A stretch of DNA of 64,000 nucleotides from assembly GCA_963693365.1 (NCBI GenBank), contig CAVNZM010000004.1, positions 1,234,949 through 1,298,948 on the forward strand, written 5' to 3'. This document shows positions 52,977 through 64,000 of the stretch, piece by piece (position 1 is the stretch's first letter; each line of letters opens with the position of its first letter). The stretch comes from Amoebidium appalachense. Its lineage: Eukaryota > Protista > Ichthyosporea. Below the pieces are notes generated by a model, which saw nothing but the letters and a program-made list of their open reading frames with translations, ran no database searches and was not told where the DNA came from. The position numbers and the translations under genes are program-made.

Positions 52977-53176
52977 ACAGGCACGCGCACGCTCGTGCGC
53001 ACACACACACGCACACATACACACCCACACCCAAAACCACCACCACCACCACCATCACCATGCACTCGCACTCAGTGGCACTTCTCACTCACACTCACGC
53101 TCGCTCTCATTCGCCCACGACCACCACGAACACTGTTACAGTAGAAGCTCGAAAAAGGGGTTGGGGGTTTTTTTTT

Positions 53177-53232
<56 letters not shown>

Positions 53233-53815
53233 CTTTAGCTCAAACTGTGTACCGTATGATTCAATCTGTTTTTACCCTTTTAGTCAAGAAGGTGCATGGA
53301 CGCGTGGCCGGACGGTTTCAAACTTTTTTTTTTTTCCTTTTTGCGCGCGCGCGCGCGCGCGTGTGTGTGTGTGTGCGTGCGCGCGTGGGAGAGGGGGGGT
53401 GGGCCGGGCACTTTTACTTGTCGAACGACTCCATTCCACGTCAGCTTCTCTTCCCTTTAAGTCCGTTGTTACCGCTACCGTAACGACTCCATTCTCTTCC
53501 CTTTAAGTCCGTTGTTACCGCTACCGTAACGACTCCATTCCACGTCGGCTTCTCTTCCCAAGTCCGCACCCCCTTTCAATGCTTATGCTTCTCTGTCAAT
53601 CATTCATTCACTTGAAGCTCTCTGACTGACCGTTGCCTTCATACATTTGAGCAGTTGCTCCAAAGCAGCCGGATGAACCTTCCTTCGTGGACAACTTCGA
53701 CGATTTTGCGGATTACGGCGATTTTGCGGATTACGGCAATGGAAATGGGAACGGCTATGGTAACGGCAACGGCAACGGCAATGGCCAAGGATATGGCAAT
53801 AGCGGGAAGTCTTAG
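39142..53815 (+). CDS. Spliced gene for a secreted modular adhesin-like protein, paralog 2 (~1269 aa): SP + A + 6x(micro-exon + type-B PAN) + 2xA + 2 Ig/CnaB-like + 2 SdrD-B-like + tail. Exons 39142-39493; 40029-40052, 40580-40822; 41455-41478, 42030-42272; 42851-42874, 43394-43636; 44118-44141, 44661-44903; 45383-45406, 45951-46193; 46684-46707, 47237-47479; 48358-48621; 50079-50342; 51115-51993; 52593-52880; 53655-53815
   Basis: All introns are GT..AG and phase 1 (gtaagt/gtgagc/gtgagt donors, ctaat...ttttcacag acceptors). Internal exon lengths are multiples of 3 (24, 243, 264, 879, 288). Type-B Cys pattern C-x22-C-x3-C-x5-C-x11-C-x5-C. Confidence 0.78.
39938..48152 (+). repeat. Six tandem ~1.27-1.45-kb units, each with a 24-nt micro-exon and a 243-nt type-B PAN exon
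   Basis: Near-identical units differing mainly in (CT)n, poly-C and T/C-rich sub-repeat length. Confidence 0.95.
49146..50077 (-). mobile_element. Solo LTR, 932 bp, with 5-bp TSD GCCAA
   Basis: gccaa|TGtaaaa...ttcaaCA|gccaa; absent from all other A-type units. Orientation is inferred from similarity of the minus-strand end (tgtgtctctgcttc...ttttaca) to the copia LTR end. Confidence 0.88.
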
Positions 53816-54890
53816 TAGAATACGGTAAATATAGTCTCGCATGACGTAGGAGCATACTACTACAGTAGAGCTCAAGGCACCGATTCAGAAACCACCGAGT
53901 CTCAGATCTACATACTAGCTGCGCGGCATAGAGAGGGCTGTCATGTTAAAAACTTTGAAATAAACATTTCACGGCAACAAGTAAGCATAGGTCCCCAGCA
54001 ATCATTTCTTTTTTACATGGTATCTTCCGGGACCTGTTTCCACAATAATAATTTGGTTACTGAGTTTGGTGTTGCATCCTTTATATAATGAGAATGCCAT
54101 TGTGGTGTCATAAACAGTGGTATGCTACCTGTGGGTGCCACGGACTGCCGGGTGTGTGCAGTTTGCATACTGGATGTATTGATTGTCATTGGATTAGAAG
54201 TTTTTTATTTAGTGACGGACTTATTGCTTTTATACGTATATATTAAAGCAATATGTCATGGCATCTGATGGGTCATGGCATCTGATGGGTCCCGCACCAT
54301 AAGGATCGTCCCAAATGTATGTCCGATCCTCCTCCCCCCCCCCCCCCCCCCCGGCCCCCCCAAACCCCCGCTGTTTTTGGAATTCAAGGGGCCTCGGGAT
54401 ATAACATCATTCTTAGAAGGCTCCCTATATTATATCTAGATCTACTCGTGCTATATCATGTGATGCATCAGGAGCTGCCACGTAACACTATTTTTCGACA
54501 ACGGAGCCTCCCAGCCGTCTCTTTCCATCTATGCCACTGCCCCCTCCCCCTTCCCCCGCTAGCTCGAGGCACATTCTTTGAACTCTGAGCTTTTTCTTAG
54601 TTACTAATTAGCTTTTAGGCAGCTAATTCTCTCTCTCTGAGCTAAAGAGAGGGAATGATGAGTCATTCCCTCTCTTTAGCTCAGAGAGAGTTTTTCTGTC
54701 TCCGGAGGTCTCGGGTCCATATAATATCCCTCTTCCCCCCTCTCTTTAGCTCAGAGAGAGTTTTTCTGTCTCCGAGGTCTCGGGTCCATATAATATCCCT
54801 CTTCCCCCGAGTCACTCTCAACTCTCTCTCTCTCTCTCTCTCTCTCTCCCCCCCCCCCCTCCATCTCTCTCCCTCCATCTCTCTCACTCC

Positions 54891-54935
<45 letters not shown>

Positions 54936-54946
54936 CCTCTCTCCGA

Positions 54947-55014
<68 letters not shown>

Positions 55015-55254
55015 CTCTCTCTCCCTCTTACCTCTCTCTCTCTCTCTCTGAGAGCCTCTCTCTCCCCATTCCCTCCTCCTTCTTAACCCCCCCCCCCCCC
55101 CCGTCTCTTTGTCTCCCCCCCAGGAGGGGCCTCTCTCTCCCCCCTCTCAGTGATAGATAAAAGGTCCTCTCTCTCCTCAGTGAGTCTATCTCTCTCTCTC
55201 ACCCTGGCTCTGTGATTCCCTCTCTAGATCTTTGGATCTAGATGTCTCTCTGTA

Positions 55255-55383
55255 CAGGGGGTGACTCAAATTAAGATAATTTGAAATTAAGATAAATAGT
55301 GCTATTTTATTTTTAAAAAAATAAGAGAATAGGGTCTACCAAACCTGGTGGATATTTAAGATCATTGCCGTGGTGGTGGTGGT

Positions 55384-55432
<49 letters not shown>

Positions 55433-55788
55433 GGGATGGGGGGATGTTTACACAGAACCTGGAGGCGGCCGGTTAATATATAGAGACAATGATATTGTCG
55501 GCTTATGAGAAGGATAATGATTGCTAACGCTAAACCCTCTCACCGCCCTGGTTGTCTTCACCTCTAACTGAGTGTTCCACTTGGGGGTTGGGGAGTGGGG
55601 GTGTTGATGGGTGGGGGGGAAATCAGTGACCCACTAACTGTTTGAAAGGGTGTGGGGGGGGGGGGGGGGGGGGGGCGGGAGGGGGGCGCCACCCATATCA
55701 AAAAGGAGCCTCCCCCCCCTACCCCCCCCCCCCCCCCCCCGGAGGGCCCCCCATACACACACACACAGTCCCCCCTCACCCCCCCCCC

Positions 55789-55821
<33 letters not shown>

Positions 55822-56019
55822 AGGGCCCCAAGGAAGGCATCCACGAACCCACCAATGACTGATTTTGGTCACTAATACATATGTTGGACACAGATATCGG
55901 TATTAGCAAGCTTTACAGTTTGTATCCATCTTTCAAGGTAAGGCTACATGTGTCCGGCCTATAGAACTAGCCCTTGTCCCTCATCCCTCGAGCTCCCCCC
56001 CGCTCCTCCGAATCCCCCC

Positions 56020-56050
<31 letters not shown>

Positions 56051-56813
56051 AAAATTAAAATAAAAATAAAAATAATGAATGCGGGGAGCGCAGGGAGGGG
56101 GTGGAGGGTTTTCAATATTTACCACTAGCTTTCCGATGCAATCGAGAGTCAAAAGAATAAGGCTCTTAGCGCAACTCACGGACGAAACTGATCGATATGG
56201 ACTTGACAAATATATTCTCGAGGTGATGCACACACATAGTATCCGAATGCAGAAGCACATGCAAACACACAAAACACACACACACATGTGCGTACGCGCA
56301 AACGGCGCACGCTTGCACGCACGCACACAAAGCACAACACACATGCACAGCAAGAGAGAGGGATGGGGGCGGGGGGGGGGGGGGGGGGGGGGGGAGGGGG
56401 AGGGAGAGAGAGAGATCTTAAAACAGACAGAGAGAGAGAGAGGGAGAGGGAGGGAGAGGGAGGGAGGGAGGGAGGGGGAGGGGGGGAGAGAGAGAGAGAG
56501 AGAGAGAGAGATGTACATATGGCATCATACTCACGCCCCACGCGCCGTCGCGCAAGTTGCAGCATGCCCAGACACACACGAACGCATTCGTGCACACGTA
56601 CGCGTGGACGTGTGCATACACATCGACTAAATTCGTACACAAGCACATCCATATATCATAATACATACAAATACATGCAGCACGTACGCCGCGCATACAC
56701 ACACACATACACACACCAACCCTCCACATGCACACACGTGCCACACACACACACACACACGCCCCCCCCCCCCCCCCCTTCTCTCCCCCCCCCCCCCCCC
56801 CCCCCCGCCATGC

Positions 56814-56864
<51 letters not shown>

Positions 56865-57212
56865 GCCGCACGCACGTGCGTTAGCAAGTGCGCCTTGTGT
56901 GCACACATATGCGGTTTGGAAGATGTACATGTGCAGCCAGCTGCCAGAACCAGCATTGATTCGACTTTTTTGTGTGTAAGATCAGTGTTCGAAGTCTTGT
57001 TTGAGATGACAGCCCTTTTAATGAGCTATATTAGCATAGTCGGCCTTTTTCATAAGAATGGAAGCCCCCCCCCCCTCCCCCTTCCCCTCCCCGTGCGGAC
57101 ACAACCCACCCCAAGTAAATTTTAAGATCATTTAGGCTATGGTCCCTGAAAAATTAAGATAATTAGCCCCTATTTCCAAAGTACCCATGATCTTAATTTC
57201 AGTCACCCCCTG
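55255..57212. mobile_element. Paralogous Tc1/mariner-type TIR element
   Basis: Same TIRs and TA flanks as 19276-21251, in the same context. Confidence 0.85.
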
Positions 57213-57234
57213 TAATACTTATTGAGGCCTAAAG

Positions 57235-57303
<69 letters not shown>

Positions 57304-57315
57304 ACCCCTTGACAC

Positions 57316-57389
<74 letters not shown>

Positions 57390-58018
57390 CCCCTCCCCCC
57401 CTCCCCCCTCTCCAGAACGCTCTCTCTCGATCTCTCAAACTCTCGAGCTCTCTATTGATCACCATTATCCCTCCCCCCCCCCCCCCCCTCCCCCCCCCCC
57501 CCCCCCCCCCCCCCCCTCTCTCTCTTTCTCACTCGCCTCAGGCCCAGTCCGACAATCAGGTCCTCTCCAATCTCTCCCTCTCCCTCTCCTTTCGACGAGT
57601 CTTTCTTTCCGAACCCTCACTCTTTTTCCGCCTCTATCTCCATCCCTCCCTACCTCTCCTGTCTCTTATGAAATTATCTCCCACCGAGATCTCCAGCCCT
57701 CCCCAGGCCTCCGACCGTCTCTCTCCCTCTCTCATGATCCGTCTCTGGTCTCGAGCTCTCGAGATCATAATCATCAGTCTTGTCTTCCTCTCACAGAGAC
57801 TCCTCTCTTTCGAAGGCTTTCCCTCTCTTCTCCTTCAAAATCTGTTTCCCCCTCCCCCCCCACCCCCCACCCCCTCCCCACCCCCCTGTTCAGTCGCGAT
57901 CGACTGAGCCCTTTCTCTCTTTGTTTAGCACTATGTACTATGCATTAGAGAGAGCCTCTGACTCTCGAGCTCCGAGTCTCCTCCCCCTCCCGCAGCCCCT
58001 AAGAGTCTTAGGCCTCCC

Positions 58019-58092
<74 letters not shown>

Positions 58093-58475
58093 CACAAACA
58101 CACGAACACAAGCAAGCACACATGCGCACAAACACACACACACTTGAATCACACAAGCTTGCGCACACACAAGCACACCGCCCCTCGAGCTCTGCTAGGC
58201 TCGCAGGCCCTAGACTAGCTATGTAGGCCTGCCTCGGCAGATAACTCCCTTGGTCCCAGGGGGGAGGGGGGGGGGGTGGGGGGTAAACCCCCAAAATTAT
58301 CTTTCGTAATAACATTTTTATGATTAACTTAATGATTTGTGATCCCATACCCCCCCCCCCCCTCCCCCCACACCCCTACCCTCTCCCCCTTCCCTTACTC
58401 CCAAAACACACACATGCGTCAAAGCCAAGTAGCCTCGACGCGCGCGCGTGCGCGCACGCGCGCGCGAGCGCGCGC

Positions 58476-58504
<29 letters not shown>

Positions 58505-58510
<6 letters not shown>

Positions 58511-59302
58511 CAGTAGAAGCGTGGTAACAGCTAGGTCACCAATACCTTCAGCTAGAGCAAGACCAATTCTACAGGAAGGCAATGCGTTTTTAGATGTTAC
58601 ACATGCGATTGCCATATTTGGCAATATGATTAAGGTGGTCCGATGACTAAATACATATGAAACGAGACAAAGGCTTAGTTTTTCAAGGTGTCTGCTTGCA
58701 TCAAGTCTAGTGTCCTGTGGCAATTTTTCCTTTTGTTATATTGTGTGATTTTTTTTTTGTTTATGTACATGTCTAATAAGTAGGTGGCAGTCCCAAGTCA
58801 CACCCACCTCACAGCTCCACCTGAATACGTCAGACCCCCCTCACCAAACAGGGGAAACCTGTCGCTGGGTGGGTGCTTGTGTGTGTGTGTGTGTGTGTGT
58901 GTGTCCTTGTGTGTGCGTGCGTGTGTGTTTGTGTGTCTGTGTGTGTTTGTGTGTGTGTGTGTATGTGTGTGTGTGTGGGTGTGTGTATGTGGGTGCGTGC
59001 CTGTGTGACACCTGACGTCTTGATATCATTGGGTTAGCGAGTACCATGAGTAGAGATTTACCTTTTTTGGATAATGACCTCAACACCCCTTTCATGGGTG
59101 CTTTCGAAAAAGGGAAAACACGGTTAGATTAGTTGAAAGGGGAGGGGGGGGGGGGGGGGGGGGGAGGGGGGGGGGGGGGAAGGGGGGGGGGGGGAGAGGG
59201 GGGGGGGGGGGGGGGGGGGCGATTTCGCCGATTTTCTCAGCAGCCCAATTAAGGAAAAAACTCTGGCACGTTCCCCGGGGCTGGGTCACTTGGTATCAGC
59301 TG

Positions 59303-59369
<67 letters not shown>

Positions 59370-59581
59370 CTAGCGTTTTGTGTTGCCATGTTGCTCGAGC
59401 CAACCAATACATCTAATAAAGAGATTATAACCACGTGTGTTTAACAAAAAATTAGGATGTTGCCATTTTCGAGCTGCTGGGTGTCTGTGAATGTGTGGTG
59501 TGTGTGCTGCGGTATAAGGTGGTATATCAATCTCCATTTAGCAATAAATGACCGTTCAAATTTGTCATGTATGTGTTGTTT
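58505..59581 (-). pseudogene. Paralogous old LINE-like fragments (~58505-58803 and ~59275-59581)
   Basis: Counterparts of 22546-22845 and of part of 23859-24378; ~750 bp present in copy 1 is missing here. Confidence 0.8.
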
Positions 59582-59586
59582 AAGCT

Positions 59587-59624
<38 letters not shown>

Positions 59625-59763
59625 CCCAAAAAAAAACAAAAAACCAAACAAAAGACAAACAAGATAAATAACACTAAATAAATAATAAAGAATAATTTAA
59701 AAACTGTCAACACACAAAGAAGGCACACATGCACACACACACACACATGCACACACGCGCGCG

Positions 59764-59798
<35 letters not shown>

Positions 59799-61382
59799 GT
59801 ACACACACCACACGCGCGCATGCGCACAAACACACACATAGACGCTCGCGCGCACACACACACACACGCGCACACGTTCCCCCTAACCCTCTTTCCCTTC
59901 CCCCCCCCCCCCCCCCCCCCCCCCCCCCTTCTCTTCCCACATTCAAAAACCCGGTACATTTCCCTGTGTTAATACAGAATTCTGTGAACCCCTGTCCACC
60001 CCAAAATTAAAAAAAATAAATAAATAAATAAATACATACAAATCATTGAACTTCATTCAACACTAAAGCCAAAAAAAAAAAGAATTTATGCTATTACAGG
60101 CAATCTATTTCACCAACAGTCTCTTTGCGGTTCAAAATCTCACAGTCTTTCCATCTCCCCACAACCACCAGCGAAAAACATGTTGAACTTAGAGTGGACT
60201 CGCATTACCCAGAAACAATGTGTTTGTAGACCTTACCGTGAGCATCATTGCTGAACAAATTGTAGCCCACTGGATATAGATGGCAAATTGGGCCCGGATC
60301 CCCCCCATCCCCCCCCCCCCCCCCCCCCCCCCCCCCACCAAAAAAAAAAAAAAAAAAAAAAAAAGAAAAAGGAAAAAAAAACAACACACACCCACACCCA
60401 CACCCAAAGAGTCGAGACAATAGAAAGAAAAGATGTACTGGTAACAAAGTTGAATAACCCAATCGGCATTACAGAAAACAGGTGCAACCCCCCCCCTCCC
60501 CCCCCCCCCCCCCCCCCCCCCCCCGCCTCACATCAACGACAACAACAGCAAAACAAAGGCAACCAAAGAGAAGAAAAAAAAAAACACACAATAACAAAAG
60601 CAATAAATCTCTCCTGTGTACGTGTATGTGCGTGTGTGTACGGGTTTGCAAAGATGATGTGTACGTGTGTGTCGGTGTGTTTAGGGTATGTGTAGATGTG
60701 TCTATTCGTGTGTACGTATGAAGTGTAAAGGGCGAAGATGGGTCGGTGTGCAAGTGCGTACGTGTGTATACGTGTGTGTAGGTGTGTGTAGGTGTGTGCT
60801 GGTGTGCGTGTGATGGGTGGCGTGTATGGAAAGCCTGTATAAATGTGTCTACGTGTGTGTACGTGTGTAAAAGGAATGTGTATGGGCGCGTTGTGTGCGT
60901 TTTTAGGCTGAGTATATGTGTGTGTATATGTGTGTATGTGTGGTGTGTATGAAGATGTGGGTGCCCGTCTCAACAGGGCGGAGGGGGAGGGGGGGGGGGG
61001 GGTAGCATGTGTTGCAGAGTACACTTGCATTTTTATCTCCCTCTTCTAATCCGTGCCCAAGCTGCTCGAGAAAACTTGGAGAAAACACACACACATTCAC
61101 AGCCAACAAACAAGCACACGCACGCCGTGGTCCAAGACACACAAACACCCACACACGCATAATCTACACCATACGACAAACCGTTCACGCACGCACACAT
61201 GCAGGCACACACGCACGCACACACACATACACAACACACCCACACACCTCACACAACACAACAAGGCTGAGACAAGAATACACACACGCGCACATGCATG
61301 ACATTGTTAGACACATACACTGTGCTTAATACACGGCACCCTAACAAACACATGCACACACGCACACGCTCGCGCGCGCGTG

Positions 61383-61414
<32 letters not shown>

Positions 61415-61827
61415 CAAACACACACAGACACACACACACACATGCAAGCAAGCACGCACACACAAGCATGCATGCGGGACGCTGTGTGAAACAGGCAAAC
61501 ATACGCCGTCTTCGCGAGACGCAAACGCACACGCACACACCCACACACACGCACTCGTACACACACACACACGACTCAAACGCACACACCCGCACGCACA
61601 CACACACACACACACATCCACACATCCCTCCCTTCCCCCCCTCCCATCCTCCCCAACACACACACTTTCGTTGGTTTATTGGTTCAATGAGGAGGAGGAT
61701 GCATGGGCAAAGCCCTCCTGCCATTTCCCAAACCTAGACAAAAACTCTCTAACAATTGCCACACTCTATTCGGTTGTGTAAAACAAACATGCTGCATCCA
61801 GTCTCTGTGACGGTAAACTTCAAACAA

Positions 61828-62082
61828 CTAAATTGTATAGTTTCTACACAATTCAAATACAAATATGATATTAGAATATTCTTGCAATGGCCCATTGTCG
61901 AATACCTCTTTTAATGCATTATTTCGGTCACTGAGCCGAAAGGAATTAATACATAGTCTTCCAACAGAAAACCTACCGAAACACAAGTCATGCGCATATA
62001 GTAAGAAATTTACAATATGTCCCCCCCCGACTTTGTTCATTTTAGCGCCGCTGAGATCCAAAATGTCTACCAATGCAGCCAT
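61828..62082 (-). pseudogene. Paralogous degenerate RT relic
   Basis: IVNFLLYAHDL; duplicate of 27327-27581. Confidence 0.5.
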
Positions 62083-62147
62083 ACCTTATGAAAGCAGTCG
62101 TATGACTCCCCTCCCCTCCCCTCCCCCCTCCCCCCCCCCCCCCCCCC

Positions 62148-62180
<33 letters not shown>

Positions 62181-62791
62181 AATCAAGCCCTGAACGTTAA
62201 CACCACCACCACACGATGATGCCCTTCAACACCCCTCCTTAGTCACATCATCTTTCTCCCCCCCCCCCCCCTTTTTTTTTTGGGGGGGGGGGGAGGGGGG
62301 GGGGGGGAGGGGAGGGGGGGGAGGGGGAGGGGGGGAGGGGGGGGGGGGGATCGGAGGGAAGGGTGGGTGAAGGAACAGGGGGAGAGGAGGGGAAAGGTGA
62401 TAGGAGGGGGGGGGGGGGGGGAGTTCTAACTGTGCGTTTTGTGCATTCCTGTGTGTGTCATTCGTGTGGGTGTCATTCGTGTGTGTGTGTGCGTGCATGT
62501 ATTGGTGAGTAGGTTCAAGTGGTGTGACTGTATGTGTGTGTGTTTGCAGTCATCATGGATGTACGCCGTGCACGTATAAAAATTGCACAGAGCACAAACA
62601 CACTCATGAAGTGTGAGCACCAGTCCACATTTCCTCGGCTTTCATCGACATACTTTCCCAGACACGTGTGCGCTACCAAACTTCTCTGAAAAGACCAAAT
62701 ATACACGGCCTCCCCCCAACCGCCAGGGAGGGAGAGAGGGAGAGGGGGGAGGAAAGGAGGGAGGGAGGGCAGGAGGAAGGGAGGGATGGAG

Positions 62792-62965
62792 TGTCATCTT
62801 CACTTGATTCTCAGCAAGACTTAGAAGTTGAGTTTTGTATTTGTTTATTAGTTTGTTGTAGTTTGTTTCCTTTTCCTTTCTTCCTTTCTTTCTTTCCTTT
62901 ATGTTTCCGTGTACACGACATCTTAGATCTGTGTACGTATCGACATACTTAGCTCGCGCACACGT
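62792..62965 (+). mobile_element. 5' 174 bp of a copia LTR of the same family as 5257-5964, interrupted
   Basis: tgtcatcttcacttgattctcagcaagacttagaag...agctcgcgcacacgt; the empty site is seen in copy 1 at ~28353. Confidence 0.92.
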
Positions 62966-63334
62966 TTGGATTGGGCGATGGACTTGGTAAGGTTCGAATC
63001 GAATCGCGAAGGGCCGCCAGGCCCGGAGCACGGAGCACGGAGCACGGCGCCCGGCCCGCGCGGGGTCTGGGGGGACGGCGTCCGGGGGGACGGCGTGGCG
63101 CAGGGCGGCCCGGGTCTGGGGGGACGGGGTCTGGGGGGGAGATCATCCACCCCGCCCCGTCCCCCCCAGACCCCGTCCCCCCAGACCCGGGCCGCCCTGC
63201 CCCACGCCGTCCCCCCGGACGCCGTCCCCCCAGACCCCGCGCGGGCCGGGCGCCGTGCTCCGTGCTCCGTGCTCCGGGCCTGGCGGCCCTTCGCGATTCG
63301 ATTCGAACCTTACCAAGTCCATCGCCCAATCCAA
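62966..63334. repeat. GC-rich near-perfect palindrome: 175-bp arms, 19-bp spacer
   Basis: 62966-63140 is the reverse complement of 63160-63334, with one mismatch seen. Confidence 0.95.
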
Positions 63335-63514
63335 TATTGGACTAGTCACGTGGCCTGGTAACTTTGAGATCACACCACACCAAACCATCTCCGATCCGAT
63401 CGCGATCAATCTATTTCCCACTTTCCACTTTTCCCACTTAAAATCGAAAAAGAGAAAAAAAAGGGGACAAAACAAACGATACAACATTACCCACTTTTAA
63501 GTGGGAAAGTGGCC

Positions 63515-64000
63515 AGAGAGAGAGAGAGAGAGAAAAGAGCTAAGTCTACACGAGAGAGAGAGAGAGAGAAAAAAGCTAAGTCTACACGAGAGAGAGAGAG
63601 AGAGAGAAAAAAGCTAAGCCCACACGAGAGAGAGAGAGAGAGAGAAAAAATCTAAGTCTACACGAGAGAGAGAGAGAGAGAAAAAAGCTAAGTCTACACG
63701 AGAGAGAGAGAGAGAGAAAAGAGAGAGAGAGAAAAAAGCCAAGTCTTGACCCGGGCAAAAAGGGGGGGGCAGGCGAGGCACGGGAGGCAGGGGGGGCACG
63801 TGAGGCACGTGGAGGCAGGGGGGGCAGGCGAGGCACGTGAGGCAGGTGAGGCACGCGAGGCAGGCGAGGCACGGGAGGCAGGTGAGGCAGGGGGGCAGGG
63901 GGGGCAGGCGCGGCAGGGGGGGGGGGGGGGGGCACGAGAGGCATGGGGCACGCGGGGGGAGGGGGGGCACGTGAGGCAGGGGGCACGCGGGGGGGGGGGG
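63515..64000 (+). repeat. Two adjacent minisatellites: ~6x aaaaagctaagtctacac(ga)n, then ggcacgtgaggcagg-type G-rich repeats
   Basis: Directly visible tandem units at ~63515-63746 and ~63765-64000. Confidence 0.85.

Larger units (their letters stand above)
39061..62791 (+). repeat. Segmental duplication copy 2
   Basis: Colinear with 11763-28353; longer mainly because of the type-B exon array and a solo LTR; interrupted at 62792 by a copia LTR. Confidence 0.93.

Noticed and set aside
62949-63361. Mirror-image ORFs on both strands (MGDGLGKVRIES...)
   Set aside because: A consequence of the GC-rich palindrome; no recognisable protein features

Overview
Eukaryotic, intron-containing, transposon-rich DNA with very many G/C homopolymers and (CA)n/(GA)n microsatellites; the organism cannot be identified from the window alone. 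It contains: (i) a young Ty1/copia LTR retrotransposon (1-5964), plus a fragment of a related LTR at 62792; (ii) four near-identical truncated copies and several older relics of a non-LTR (LINE-like) RT element, whose three minus-strand copies end at the same non-poly(A) 3' terminus and are mostly bordered by unique filler DNA; (iii) a large direct segmental duplication (~11.76-28.35 kb vs ~39.06-62.79 kb). Each copy of the duplication carries a spliced gene, not visible in the ORF track, for a secreted modular protein: signal peptide, a variable array of PAN/Apple-like 6-Cys domains, two Ig/CnaB-like repeats, two bacterial-type SdrD-B-like repeats, and a Gly/Asn/Tyr/Asp tail. All introns are phase 1, and the paralogs differ in domain number and type (4 type-A vs 3 type-A + 6 type-B, the latter with 24-nt micro-exons). 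The introns retain orphan splice sites and a solo LTR that recreates an in-frame acceptor. Also present are Tc1/mariner-type TIR elements, a Gypsy-type LTR, a foldback element, a poly-C minisatellite and a 369-bp GC-rich near-perfect palindrome near the right end. Gene models and coordinates were read by eye and are not supported by transcript data. Most short ORFs in the track are microsatellite or homopolymer artefacts.
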